Part shown: positions 1 to 12,300 of the stretch, in pieces
Position numbering within the stretch: the stretch's first letter is position 1
Layout of the letters: the number at the start of each line of letters is the position of its first letter
NCBI GenBank assembly: GCA_030390025.1
Contig: CM059431.1
Location: forward strand, 147,314,001 to 147,378,000
Direction of reading: 5' to 3'
DNA from: Squalus acanthias
Taxonomy: Eukaryota
Length of the DNA: 64,000 nt
The notes under the pieces: model-generated
What the model was told of the DNA's origin: nothing
Databases searched by the model: none
The model's input: only the letters and a program-made list of their open reading frames with translations
Position numbers and translations under genes: made by a program

Positions 1-420
1 GGGGGGGGGGGGGGGGGTTGGGGAGGAGAGAGGAGTCAGGGGGAGAAGTATGAAGGGTGTCGGGGGTTGAGGGTTGGGGGTTTTGTGGTTGGGGGTGGTT
101 TGGAGGAGCCGGGGGCTGACGGGTTAGAGTGGGTGAGGTGTTAGAGAGGGAGAGGGGCTAGGTGGGGTTGAGGGGTGAGGGGTGAGGGGCTAGGTGGGGT
201 TGAGGTGTGAGGGGCTAGGTGGGGTTGAGGGGGTGAGGGGTGAGGTGTGAGGGGCTAGGTGGGGGTGAGGGTCTAGGTGGGGTTGAGGGGTGAGGGGTGA
301 GGGTCTAGGTGGGGTTGAGGGGTGAGGGGTGAGGGGCTAGGTGGGGGTGAGGGTCTAGGTGGGGTTGAGGGGTGGGGTGTGAGGGTTTGGAGTTTGGGGA
401 GGTGGGATTCAGGAGGATTT
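1..420. repeat. G-rich low-complexity/telomere-like repeat (GGGGTGAGGGGCTAGGT-type) downstream of ART copy A
   Basis: Direct reading; 1-115 is the reverse complement of ~37265-37375 and 380-420 of ~36400-36440, i.e. the same 3' flank as ART copy B. Confidence 0.85.
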
Positions 421-449
421 ACAGTCGAAGTGCCAAATGAGAAACACAA

Positions 450-1283
450 CTATCCCCAGAGAAAGACTGAGGTTCCAAAAGCAGTCAGAACCCAGACCCA
501 GCAGGCGATTTTGGTGGATGTGGTGCCAGAAACGATCTTGAGACCGGAACCGTCTGACAGCAGCTCCACCTTCACTCTCACTGCCTTGTAGCCTGTCGAG
601 TTGAGGGTGTATCTGTTGCCTCCTGAGGACTCTGTGATGTTGAACTTCTCATAAAGCGGGATCAAAATCTCCTGTTGCGACGGATTGTCTGAGAACCTTT
701 GGAGGTCGACACTGTACGATGGGCTTATTTTAAAGACAGTGCCGTTCCCAAACTTATCAAACTCCTCAGCCACCTTCTTATTGATGGAAGTGGAGGCAAA
801 TATTCCGAACCTCATCTCTGTTCCTAGTGTCCCAGTGATATTACTCTTTGTCCCCTAATACACCGGCCCAATGGAACTGTTTCTCAACACTTCCAGGGCG
901 ACAGATAGAAGGTAGTGAAAGCTCTTCAGTTTAAAGCAGGCATTGTATGTGGTGAGTGTCACCGCCATAGCTTCGAACCTCATTGTTAAATCTGCTGTAC
1001 CAATCTCCACCAATGGTGTAGGCGGTCAGGGCGATGACATGCTCCTCTCGGAGACCATCAGGCACTGTGAGATTCTTCTGTTTCCAACTGGTGGTGGCCT
1101 GTTCCCAGGTAGTGTTGAACTCCGGGTCACTCCCCAGGTATTTTATCGCCAATTCATCGGACGCGTCGCTCCGCGAGAAGTTATAGGCGGCAGAATTTAC
1201 TTCCATGTTCATCTTTGTGCTTGCAGCTTGAATCTGACAATCTATACCCTCGCCATTCACTGGTAAACTGGCCAGACTCATAC
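450..1283 (-). pseudogene. Ecto-ADP-ribosyltransferase (ARTC family) catalytic exon, copy A, disabled
   Basis: Acceptor TTTCTGATTGGCAG ends at 1284. Peptide has NMEVNSAAY, AYTI, FNNEVRSY, SFHYLL, RFGIFASTS, SQQEILIP and a hydrophobic C-terminus. 1-nt insertion near 957 (GACACTCACC vs GACCTCAAC/AAG in paralogs) and in-frame TAG at 857-855 replacing the catalytic Arg of VYRG. Confidence 0.9.
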
Positions 1284-1296
1284 CTGCCAATCAGAA

Positions 1297-1445
1297 AGAC
1301 AGCAATCATTTTACATAGCGCCTTTTCGACCTCAGGATGTGCCACAACGCTTCACTCCCCTCTGCTATTCTTCCAAAAGTGGCCGTGGGATCTTTTAGGT
1401 CGACCTGAGAGGGCAGACAGGGCCTCGGATTAACGTCTCAGACAA
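1297..1445 (-). mobile_element. 3' remnant of tRNA-derived Deu-domain SINE (SacSINE1-like), internally deleted
   Basis: Matches the SINE body/tail at 8660-9125, 34960-35520 and 63055-63345. Confidence 0.75.
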
Positions 1446-4400
1446 CAGTGCAGCGCTCCCTCAGTACTGCCCCTCCGACAGTGCAGCGCTCCCTCAGTAC
1501 TGCCCCTCCGACAGTGCAGCGCTCCCTCAGTACTGCCCCTCCGACAGTGCAGCGCTCCCTCAGTACTGCCCCTCCGACAGTGCAGCGCTCCCTCAGTACT
1601 GCCCCTCCGACAGTGCAGCGCTCCCTCAGTACTGCCCCTCCGACAGTGCAGCGCTCCCTCAGTACTGCCCCTCCGACAGTGCAGCGCTCCCTCAGTACTG
1701 CCCCTCCGACAGTGCAGCGCTCCCTCAGTACTGCCCCTCCGACAGTGCAGCGCTCCCTCAGTACTGCCCCTCCGACAGTGCAGCGCTTCCTCAGTACTGC
1801 CCCTCCGACAGTGCAGCGCTTCCTCAGTACTGCCCCTCCGACAGTGCGGCGCTCCCTCAGTACTGCCCCTCCGACAGTGCGGCGCTCCCTCAGTGCTGCC
1901 CCTCCGACAGTGCGGCACTCCCTCAGTACTGTCCTCCGACAGTGCAGCACACCCTCAGTACTGACCCTTCGACAGTGCAGCGCAACCTCAGTACTGAACA
2001 TCCGACATTGCGCGCTCCCTCAGTACTGGAGTACTGGTCCTCCGACAGTGCAGCACTCCCTCAGTACTGCCCCTCCGAAAGTGCAGCACTCCCTCAGTAC
2101 TGCCCCTCCGACAGTGCAGCGCTCCCTCAGTACTGTCCTCCGACAGTGCAGCGCTCCCTCAGTACTGCCCCTCTGAGAGAGCAGCGCTCCTGCAGTACTG
2201 CCCCTCCGACAGTGCAGCGCTCCCTCAGTACTGCCCTCCGACATTGCGGCGCTCCCTCAGTACTGCACCATCCGACCATGCAGCGCTCCCTCAGTACTGA
2301 CACCCCGACAGTGCGGCGCTGCCTCAGTACTGCCCCTCCGACAGTGCGGCGCTCCCTCAGTACTGACCCTCCGCCAGTGCAGCGCTCCCTCAGTACTGAC
2401 ACCCCGACAGTGCGGCGCTGCCTCAGTACTGCCCCTCCGACAGTGCAGCGCTCCCTCAGTACTGACACCCCGACAGTGCGGCGCTGCCTCAGTACTGCCC
2501 CTCCGACAGTGCGGCGCTCCCTCAGTACTGACCCTCCGACAGTGCAGCGCTCCCTCAGTACTGCCCCTCCGACAGTGCAGCGCTCCCTCAGTACTGCCCC
2601 TCTGTCAGAGCAGCACACCCTAAGTACTGACCCTTCGACAGTGCAGCGCAACTTCAGTACTGAACATCCGACAGTGCGGCGCACCCTCAGTACTGCCCCT
2701 CCGACAGTGCGGCGCTCCCTCAGTACTGCCCCTCCGACAGTGCGGCGCTCCCTCAGTACTGACCCTCCGACAGTGCAGCGCTCCCTCATTGCTGCCCTTC
2801 TGACAGTGCAACGTTCCCTCAGCACTGCCCCTCCAACAGTGCAGCGCTCCCTCAGTACTGCCATTCCGACAGAGCAGCGCTCCCTCAGTACCGCCTCTCC
2901 TACAGTATAGCATTCCCTCAGTACTTCCCCTCCAACAGTGCATCGCGCCCTCAGTACCGCCCCTCCGACAGTGCAGCGCTCCCTCAGTACTGCCCCTCCG
3001 ACATGGCAGCGCTCCCTCAGTACTGCCCGTCCAACAGTGCGGCGCTCCCTCAGTACTGCCCCTCCGACAGTGCAGCACTCCCTCAGTACTGCCCGAGAAA
3101 GTACAGCGCTCCCTCAGTACTGCACCTCCGACAGTGCAGCGCTCCCTCAGTAATGCCCCTCTGACAGAGCAGCGCTCCCTCAGTACTGCACCTCCGACAG
3201 TGCAGCTCTCCCTCAGTAATGCCCCTCTGACAGAGCAGCTCTTCCTCAGTACTGCCCTCCGACAGTGCGGCGCTCCCTCAGTACTGCCCCTCCGACAGTG
3301 CAGCACTCCCTCTACTACCCCTCCGACAGTGCAGCGCTCCCTCAGTACTGCCCCTCCGACAGTGCAGCACTCCCTCTACTACCCCTCCGACAGTGCAGCA
3401 CTCCCTCAGTACTGCCCCTGCGAAAGTGCAGCGCTCCCTCAGTACTGCCCCTCCGACAGTGCAGCACTCCCTCAGTACTGCCCCTGCGAAAGTGCAGCGC
3501 TCCCTCAGTACTGCCCCTCCGACAGTGCGGCGCTCCCTCAGTACTGCAACTCCGACAGTGCAGTGCTCCCTCACTACTGCCACTCCGTGTGTGCAGCGCT
3601 AACTCAGTAATGCCCCTCTGACAGAGCAGCACACCCTCAGTACTGCCCCTCCGACAGTGCAGCGCAACCTCAGTACTGCCACTCCGAAAGTGCGGCGCTC
3701 CCTCAGTACTGACCCTCCAACAGTGCAGCTCTCCCTCAGTACTGCAGCTCCAACAGTGCAGCACTCCCTCAGTACTGCCCATCCAACAGTGCAGCTCTCC
3801 CTAAGTAATGCCCCTCCGACAGTGTAGCGCAAACTCAGTACTGACCCTCCGACAGTGCAGCGCTCCCTCAGTACTGCCCTTTCGACAGTGCAGCGCACCC
3901 ACAGTTCTGACCCTTCGACAGTGCGGCGCTCCCTCAGTACTGCCCCTCCGACAGTGCTGCGCTCCCTCAGTACTGCCCCTCCGACAGTGCAGCGCTCCCT
4001 CAGTAATGCCCCTCTGACAGAGCAGCGCTCCCTCAGTACTGACCCTCCGACAGTGCAGTGCTCCCTCAGTACTGCCCTCCGACAGTGCAGCACACCCTCA
4101 GTTCTGACCCTTCGACAGTGCAGCGCAACCTCAGTACTGAACATCCGACAGTGCGGCGCTCCCTCTTTACTGCCCCTCCGACAGTGCAGCGCTCCCTCAG
4201 TACTGCCCCTTCGAGAATGCGGCGCTCCCTCAGTACAGACCCTCCGACAGTGCGGCGCTCCCTCAGTACTGACCCTCCGACAGTGCAGCGCTCCCTCAGT
4301 ACTGCACCTCCAACAGTGCAGCACTCCCTCAGTACTGACACATCGACAGTACAGCGCTCCCTCAGTACTGCCCCTCCGACAGTGCAGCGCTCCCTCAGTA

Positions 4401-7400
4401 CTGCCCCTCCGACAGTGCAGCGCTCCCTCAGTACTGCTCCTCTGACAGTGCAGCGCTCCCTCAGTACTGCCCGAGAAAGTGCAGCGCTCCCTCAGTACTG
4501 CCCCTCCGACAGTGCGGCGCTCCCTCAGTACTGGCGCTGCGACAGTGCAGCGCTCCCTCAGTACTGCCCCTCCGTCAGTGCAGCGGTCCCTCAGTACTGC
4601 CCATCCGACAGAGCAGCGCTCCCTCAGCACTGCCGCTCCGACAGTGCAGCGCTCCCTCAGTACTGCCCCTCCGACAGAGCAGCGCTCCCTCAGTACTGCC
4701 TCTCCAGCAGTGCGGCGCTTCCTCAGTACTGCCCCTCCAACAGTGCAGCACTTCCTCAGTACTGCCCCTGAGAAAGTGCAGTGCTCCCTCAGTACTGCCC
4801 CTCCGACAGAGCAGCGCTCCCTCAGTACTGCACCTCCGACAGTGCAGCGCTCCCTCAGTGCTTCCCTCCGACAGTGCAGCGCTCCCTCAGTACTGAACAT
4901 CCGACAGTGCGGCGCTCCCTCTTTACTGCCCCTCCGACGGTGCAGCGCTCCCTCAGTACTGCCCCTCCGAGAGTGCGGCGCTCGCTCAGCACAGACCCTC
5001 CGACAGTGCGGCGCTCCCTCAGTACTAACCCTCCGACAGTGCAGCGCTCCCTCAGTACTGCACCTCCAACAGTGCAGCGCTCCCTCAGTACTGCCCCTCC
5101 GACAGTGCAGCACACCCTCAGTTCTGACCCTTCGACAGTGCAGCGCAACCTCAGTACTGAACATCTGACAGTGCGGCGCTCCCTCAGTACTGCCCCTCCG
5201 ACAGTGCAGCGCTCCCTCAGTACTGCCCCTCCAACAGTGCAGCGCTCCCTCAGTACTGCCCCTCCGACAGTGCAGCGCTCCCTCAGTACTGCACCTCCGA
5301 CAGTGCAGTGCTCCCTCAGTACTGCCACTCCGTGTGTGCAGCGCTAACTCAGTAATGCCCCTCTGACAGAGCAGCAGACCCTCAGTACTGCCCCTCCGAC
5401 AGTGCAGCGCAACCTCAGTACTAAACATCCGACAGTGCAGCACACCCTCAGTACTGCCCCTCCCACAGTGCGGCGTTCCCTCAGTACTGCCACTCCGAAA
5501 GTGCGGCGCTCCCTCAGTACTGACCCTCCAACAGTGCAGCGCTCCCTCAGTACTGCACCTCCAACAGTGCAGCACTCCCTCAGTGCTGCCCGTCCGACAG
5601 TGCAGCTCTCCCTAAGTAATGCCCCTCCGACAGTGCGGCGCTCCCTCAGTACTGCCCCTCCGACAGTGCAGCGCTCCCTCAGTACTGCCCCTCCGACAGA
5701 GCAGCGCTTCCTCAGTTCTTCCTCTCCAACAGTGCAGCGCAACCTCAGTACTGCACATCCGACAGTGCGGCGCTCCCTCTTTACTGCCCCTCCGGCAGTG
5801 CAGCGCTCCCTCAGTACTAACCCTCCGACAGTGCAGCGCTCCCTCAGTACTGCACCTCCCACAGTGCAGCAGTCCCTCAGTACTGACCCTTCGACAGTGC
5901 AGCTCTCCCTCAGTAATGCCCGTCTGACAGAGCAGCGCTCCCTCAGTACTGCCCCTCCGACAGTGCAGCGCTCCCTCAGTACAGCCCCTCCGACAGTGCA
6001 GCGCTCCCTCAGTAATGCCCCTCCGAGAATGCGGCGCTCCCTCAGTACAGATCCTCCAACAGTGCAGCTCTCCCTCAGTACTGCACCTCCAACAGTGCAG
6101 CACTCCCTCAGTACTGCCCGTCCGACAGTGCAGCTCTCCCATATAATGCCCCGCCGACAGTGCGGCGCTCCCTCAGTACTGGTCTTCCGACAGAACAGCA
6201 CTCCCTCAGTACTGCCCCTCCAACATGGCAGCTCTCCCTCGGTACTGCCCGTCCGACTGTGCGGCGCTCCCTCAGTACTGCCCCTCCGACAGTGCAGCTC
6301 ACCCTCAGTGCTAAACCTCCGACAGTGTAGCACTCCCTCAGTACTGCCCCTGCGACAGTGCTGCCCTCCCTCAGTACTGCCACTCCGTGTGTGCAGTGCT
6401 CACTCAGTAATGCCCCTCTGACAGAGAAGCGCTCCGAGTTCTGCCCTCCGACAGTGCAGCACTCACTCAGTACTGCCCTCCAACAGTGCAGCGCTCCCTC
6501 AGTACTGCCCCTCCGACAGTGCAGCGCTCCCTCAGTACTGCGCCTGCGAAAGTGCAGCGCTCCCTCAGTACTGCCTCTCCGACAGTGCAGCACTCCCTCA
6601 GTACTGCCCCTGCGAAAGTGCAGCGCTCCCTCAGTACTGCCCCTCCGACAGTGCAGCGCTCCCTCAGTACTGCACCTCCGAGAATGCGGCGCTCCCTCAG
6701 TACTGCCCCTCCGACAGTGCAGCGCTCCCTCAGTACTGCCCCTCCGACAGTGCAGCGCTCCCTCAGTACTGCCCCTCCGACAGTGCTGCGCTCCATCTGT
6801 ACTGGCACTCCGTGTGTGCAGCGCTAACTCAGTAATGCCCCTCTGACAGAGCAGCACACCCTCAGTACTGCCCCTCCGACAGTGCAGCGCAACCTCAGTA
6901 CTGAACATCCGACAGTGCAGCACACCCTCAGTACTGCCCCTCCCACAGTGCGGCGTTCCCTCAGTACTGCCCCTCCAAAAGTGCGGCGCTCCCTCAGTAC
7001 TGACCCTCCAACAGTGCAGCTCTCCCTCATTACTGCACCTCCAACAGTGCAGCACTCCCTCAGTACTGCCCGTCCGACAGTGCAGCTCTCCCTAAGTAAT
7101 GCCCCTCCGACAGTGCGGCGCTCCCTCAGTACTGGTCCTCCGACAGAGCAGCACTCCAACAGTACAGCCTCTCCGACATGGCAGCTCTCCCTCAGTACTG
7201 CCCGTCCGACAGTACGGCGCTCCCTCAGTACTGCCCCTCCGACAGTGCAGCGCTCCCTCAGTACTGCCCCTCCGACAGTGCAGCACTCCCTCATTGCTGC
7301 CCCTCTGACAGTGCAGCGTTCCCTCAGGACTGCCCCTCCAACAGTGCAGCTCACCCTCAGTACTAAACCTCCGACAGTGTAGCACTCCCTCTGTACTGCC

Positions 7401-7893
7401 CCTGCGAAAGTGCAGTGCTCCCTCAGTACTGCCCCTCCGACAGTGCTGCGCTCCCTCAGTACTGCCTCTCCGTGTGTGCAGCTCTCCCTCAGTACTGCCC
7501 TCCGACAATGCAGCGCTCCCTCAGTACTTCCCCTCCGACAGTGCAGCACTCCCTCAGTAATGCCCCTCTGACAGAGCAGCTCTCCCTCAGTACTGCCCTC
7601 CGACAGTGCAGCGCTCCCTCAGTACTGCTCCTCCGACAGTGCAGTGGTCCCGCAGTGCTGTACCTCCAACAGTGCAGCACTCACTCAGTACTGGACCTCC
7701 GACAGTGCAGCACTCCCTCAGTACTGAACCTCCGGCAGTGCGGCGCTCCCTCAGTACTGACCCTTCGACAGTGCAGCGCTCCCTCAGGACTGCCCCTCCG
7801 ACAGTGCAGCGCTCCCTCAGGACTGCCCCTCCGACAGTGCAGCGTTCCCTCAGTAATGCCCTCCAACAGTGCAGCGCTCCCTCTGTACTGCCT
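1445..7893. repeat. 33-bp minisatellite (CAGTACTGCCCCTCCGACAGTGCAGCGCTCCCT)n, ~6.4 kb, derived from the SINE body
   Basis: Unit read directly; gives 11-aa repeat ORFs; a single monomer is present in the intact SINE near 8985-9020. Confidence 0.97.
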
Positions 7894-7899
7894 CTGTTT

Positions 7900-8331
7900 A
7901 GACCGCACTTGGAGTGTCGTGCACAGTTCTGGTCTCCACATCACACTTGGAGCAGTGTGCACAGCTCTGGTCTCCATATCACACTTGGAGCACTGTGCAC
8001 AGTTCTGGTCTCCATATCACACTTGGAGCACTGTGCACAGCTCTGGTCTCCATATCACACTTGCAGTTACTGTGCACAGTTCTGGTCTCCATATCACACT
8101 TGGAGCACTGTGCACAGTTCTCGTCTCCATATCACACTTGGAGCACTGTGCACAGCTCTGGTCTCCATATCACACTTACAGTTACCGTGCACAGTTCTGG
8201 TCTCCACATCACTCTTGGAGCACCGTGCACAGTTCTGGTCTCCATATCTCACTTGGAGTTACCGTGCACAGTTCTGGTCTCCATATCACACTTGGAGTTA
8301 CTGTGCACAGTTCTGGTCTCCATATCACACT
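7900..8331. repeat. 38-bp minisatellite (CACACTTGGAGCACTGTGCACAGTTCTGGTCTCCATAT)n derived from CR1 ORF2
   Basis: Unit translates to HLEY/HCAQFWSPY, the CR1 RPHLEYCVQFWSPY motif seen in ORFs 20418, 24419 and 44427. Confidence 0.95.
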
Positions 8332-8423
8332 TTGATCTTGGTTCAGCCTGCCTCCAGCCCAGTTTGGGAGGGGAGCTTGCTGTGAGCAGATTGGGTAACA
8401 CATTACCCTTCATTGAAAGACGT

Positions 8424-8655
8424 TTGCATTTCTACAGTGACTTTCACCTCCTCAGGCACATCCCAAAGCGCTTCACAGCCAATGAAGTGCTTTGTTTTTG
8501 AAGTGTTGTAGTGTAGGAAACGCGGAAGCCCATTTGCGCACAGCAAGATCCCAATGTGATAATGACCAGATCATCTGTTTTAGTGATGTTGTTGGAGTGA
8601 TTAATATTGGCCCCAGGACACCGGGGATAACTCTCCCCAGCTCTTCTTCGCAATA
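8424..8655 (-). mobile_element. Partial (3' half) Deu-type SINE
   Basis: Same sequence as the 3' half of the adjacent SINE; paralogous to 33725-33960 and 51152-51298. Confidence 0.75.
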
Positions 8656-8659
8656 GTCA

Positions 8660-9125
8660 AAAAAGAAAGAATTGCATTTATATAGCGCCTTTCACGACCA
8701 ACGGACGTCCCAACGCACTTTACAGACAATGAAGGGCTTTTTTTTGAGTGTAGTCACTGTTGTAATGTAGGAAACTCGGCAGCCAATTTGCGCACAGCAA
8801 GGCCCCACAAACAGCAACATGATAATGATCAGGTCATCTCATTTTTAGTGATGTTGGTTGAGGGATAAATATTGCCCGCAGGATACCGGGGAGAAGTCCC
8901 TGCTGCCCTTATTCGAAATAGTGCCCATGGGATCTTTGACACCTGAGAGAGCAGACGGTTTAACGTCCATCCGAAAGACAGCACCTCTGCCAGTGCAGCA
9001 CTCCCTCAGCACTGCACTGGAGTGTCAGCCTAGATTTCTGAGCTAAAGTCTCTGGAGTGGGACTTGAACCCACAACCTTCTGACTCAGAGGTGAGAGTGC
9101 TGCCCACTGAGCCTCCGCTGACACA
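8660..9125 (-). mobile_element. Near full-length tRNA-derived Deu-domain SINE (SacSINE1-like)
   Basis: Minus strand begins GTCAGCGGAGGCTCAGTGGG (A-box-like), has GGTTCAAGTCC (B-box-like) and ends AAAGGCGCTATATAAATGCAATTCTTTCTTT; family name is from recall, not a database search. Confidence 0.8.
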
Positions 9126-9134
9126 TATTAGGGT

Positions 9135-9330
9135 TGGTGACCTATAGCTTGGTCAAAGAGGGAGGCTTTAAGGAGAATCTTAAAGGAGGAGAGAGAGGCG
9201 GAGAGGTTTAGGGAGGGAATTCCAGAGCCTAGCGGCTCAGGCAGCTGAAGACACAGCCACCAATAGTGGAGCGATGGAAATCGGGGGATGCGCAAGAGGC
9301 CAGAATTGGAGCAGCGCAGAGACCTTAGAG
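9135..9330 (-). mobile_element. L2-like LINE fragment that runs into the 36/37-bp array
   Basis: Homologous to 38780-38985, which continues to a LINE-type 3' tail at 38660. Confidence 0.6.
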
Positions 9331-12300
9331 GGATGTAGGGCTGGAGGAGGTTACAGAGATAGGGAGGGTTGTAGGACTGGAGGAGCTAACAGAGATAGGG
9401 ACAGTTGTAGGTCTGGAGGAGGTTACAGAGATAGGGAGGGTTGTAGGGCTGGAGGAGGTTACAGAGATAGGGAGGGTTGTGGGGCTGGAGGAGGTTACAG
9501 AGATAGGGAGGGTTGTAGGGGCTGGAGGAGGTTACAGAGATAGGGAGGGCTGTAGCGGCTGGAGGAGGTTACAGAGATAGGGAGGGTTGTAGGGCTGGAG
9601 GAGGTTACAGAGATAGGGAGGGCTGAAGGGGCTGGAGAAGGTTACAAAGATAGGGAGGGTTGTAGGGCTGGAGGATGTTACAAAGATAGGGAGGGCTGAA
9701 GGGGCTGGAGGATGTTACAAAGATAGGGAGGGCTGAAGGGGCTGGAGGAGGTTACAGAGATAGGGAGGTTTGTAGGGCTGGAAGAGGTTACAAAGATAGG
9801 AAGGTTTGTACGGGCTTGAGGATGTTACGGAGATAGGGAGGGTTGTAGGGGTGGAGAAGGTTACAGAGATAGGGAGGGTTGTAGGGACTGGAGTAGGTTA
9901 CACAGATAGGGATGGTTGTTGGGCTGGAGGAGGTTACAGAGATAGGGAGGGTTGTAAGGGCTGGAAGAGGTTACAGAGATAGGGAGGATTGTAGGGCTGA
10001 AGGATGTTATAGAGATAGGGAGGGTTATAGGGGCTGGATGAGGTTACAGAGATAGGGAGGGTTGTAGGGACTGGAGGATGTTATCGAGATAGGGAGTGTT
10101 GTAGGGGCTGGAGAAGGATACAGAGATAGGGAGGGTTGTAGGGCTGGAGAAGGTTACAGAGATAGGGAGGGTTGTAAGGGCTGGAGGAGGTCACAGAGAT
10201 AGGGAGGGTTGTAGGGGCTGGAGGAGGTTACAGAGATAGGGAGGGTTGTAGGGCTGGAGGAGGTTATAGAGATAGGGAGGATTGTAGGGGCTGGAGGATG
10301 TTACAGAGATAGGGATTGTTGTAGGGCTGGAGAACGTTACAGAGATAGGGAGGGTTGTTGGGCTGGAGGAGGTTACAGAGATATGGAGGGTTGTAGGCTG
10401 GAGAAGGATACAGAGATAGGGAGTGTTGTAGGGGCTGGAGGAGGTTACAGAGATCTTGTAGTGTTGTTTGGCTGGAGGAGGTTACAGAGAAAGGGAGGGA
10501 TGTAGGGCTGGAGGAGGTTACAGAGATAGGGAGGGCTGGAGGAGGTTACGGAGATAGGGAGGGTTGTAGGTCTGGAGGAGGTTACAGAGATAGGGAGGGC
10601 TGTAGGGCTGGAAGTGGTTCCAGAGACAGGAAGGTTCGTAGGGGCTGGAGGATTTTACAGAGAGAGGGAGGGTTGTAGGGCTGAAGGAGGTTACAGAGAT
10701 AGGGAGGGCTGTAGGGCTGGAAGTGGTTCCAGAGATAGGAAGGTTCGTAGGGGCTGGAGGATTTTACAGAGAGAGGGAGGGTTGTAGGGGTGGAGAAGGT
10801 AACAGAGATAGGGAGGGTTGTAGGGTCTGGAGGAGGTTACGGAGATGGGGAGGGTTGTATGGGCTGGAGAAGCTTACAGAGATAGGGAGGGTTGTAGGGG
10901 CTGGAGCATTTTACAGAGATAGGGAGGGTTGTAGGGGTGGAGAAGGTAACAGAGATAGGGTGGGTTGCAGGGCTGGAGGAGGTTACAGAGATAGGGAGGA
11001 TTGTAGGGGCTGGAGGATGTTACAGAGATAGGGAGGGTTGTAGGGCTGGAGAACGTTACAGAGATAGGGAGGGTTGTTGGGCTGGAGGAGGTTACAGAGA
11101 TATGGAGGGTTGTAGGCTGGAGAAGGATACAGAGATAGGGAGGGTTGTAAGGGCTGGAGGAGGTTACAGAGATCGGGTGGGTTGTAGGGGCTGGAGGAGG
11201 TTACACAGATAGGGAGTGTTGAAGGGGCTGGAGGAGGTTACAGAGATAGGGAGGGCTGTAGGGGGTTACAGAGATAGGGAGGTTTGTAGGGCTGAAGGAG
11301 GTTACAGAGATAGGGAGGGCTGTAGGGCTGGAAGTGGTTACAGAGATAGGAAGCTTCGTAGGGGCTGGAGGATTTTACAGAGAGAGGGAGGGTTGTAGGG
11401 GTGGAGAAGGTAACAGAGATAGGGAGGGTTGTAGGGTCTGGAGGAGGTTACAGAGATGGGGAGGGTTGTATGGGCTGGAGAAGCTTACAGAGATAGGGAG
11501 GGTTGTAGGGGTGGAGAAGGTTACAGAAATAGGGAGTGTTGTAGGGGTGGAGAAGGTAACAGAGATAGGGTGGGTTGTAAGGGCTGGAGGAGGTTACAGA
11601 TATAGGGAGGGTTGTAGGGGCTGGAGGAGGTTACAGAGATAGGGAGGGTTGTAGGGGCTGGAGGATGTTACAGAGATAGGGAGGGTTGTAGGGCTGGAGC
11701 AGGTTACAGAGATAGGGAGGGTTGTAGGGCTGGAGGAGGTTACAGAGATATGGAGGATTGTCGGCTGGAGAAGGATACAGAGATAGGGAGGGTTGTAGGG
11801 CTGGAGAAGGTTACAGAGATAGGGAGGATTGTAAGGGCTGGAGGAGGTTACAGAGATAGGGAGGGTTGTAGGGGCTGGAGGAGGTTACAGAGATAGGGAG
11901 GGTTGTAGGGGCTGGAGGAGGTTACAGAGATAGGGAGGGTTGTAGGGGCTGGAGGAGGTTACAGAGATAGGGAGGGTTGTAGGGCTGGAGGAGGTTACAG
12001 AGATAGGGAGGGTTGTAGGGGCTGGAGGAGGTTACAGAGATAGGGAGGGTTGTAGGGGCTGGAGGAGGTTACAGAGATAGGGAGGGTTGTAGGGCTGGAG
12101 GAGGTTACAGAGATAGGGAGGGTTGTGGCGCTGGAGGAGGTTACAGAGGTAGGAAGGGTTTTAGGGCTGGAGGAGGTTACAGAGATAGGGAGGGTTGTAG
12201 GGGCTGGAGGAGGTTACAGAGATAGGAGGGTTGTAGGGCTGGAGGAGGTTACAGAGATAGGGAGGGTTGTAGGGGCTGGAGGAGGTTACAGAGATAGGGA

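Noticed and set aside
1430..8400. Many long ORFs (up to 658 aa) with Cys/His-rich or STAPPTVQR repeats
   Set aside because: Translations of 33-bp and 38-bp minisatellites, open in several frames on both strands; not zinc-finger or mucin genes
9040..9125. tRNA-like sequence with A and B boxes
   Set aside because: It is the head of a SINE with contiguous body and tail, not a tRNA gene
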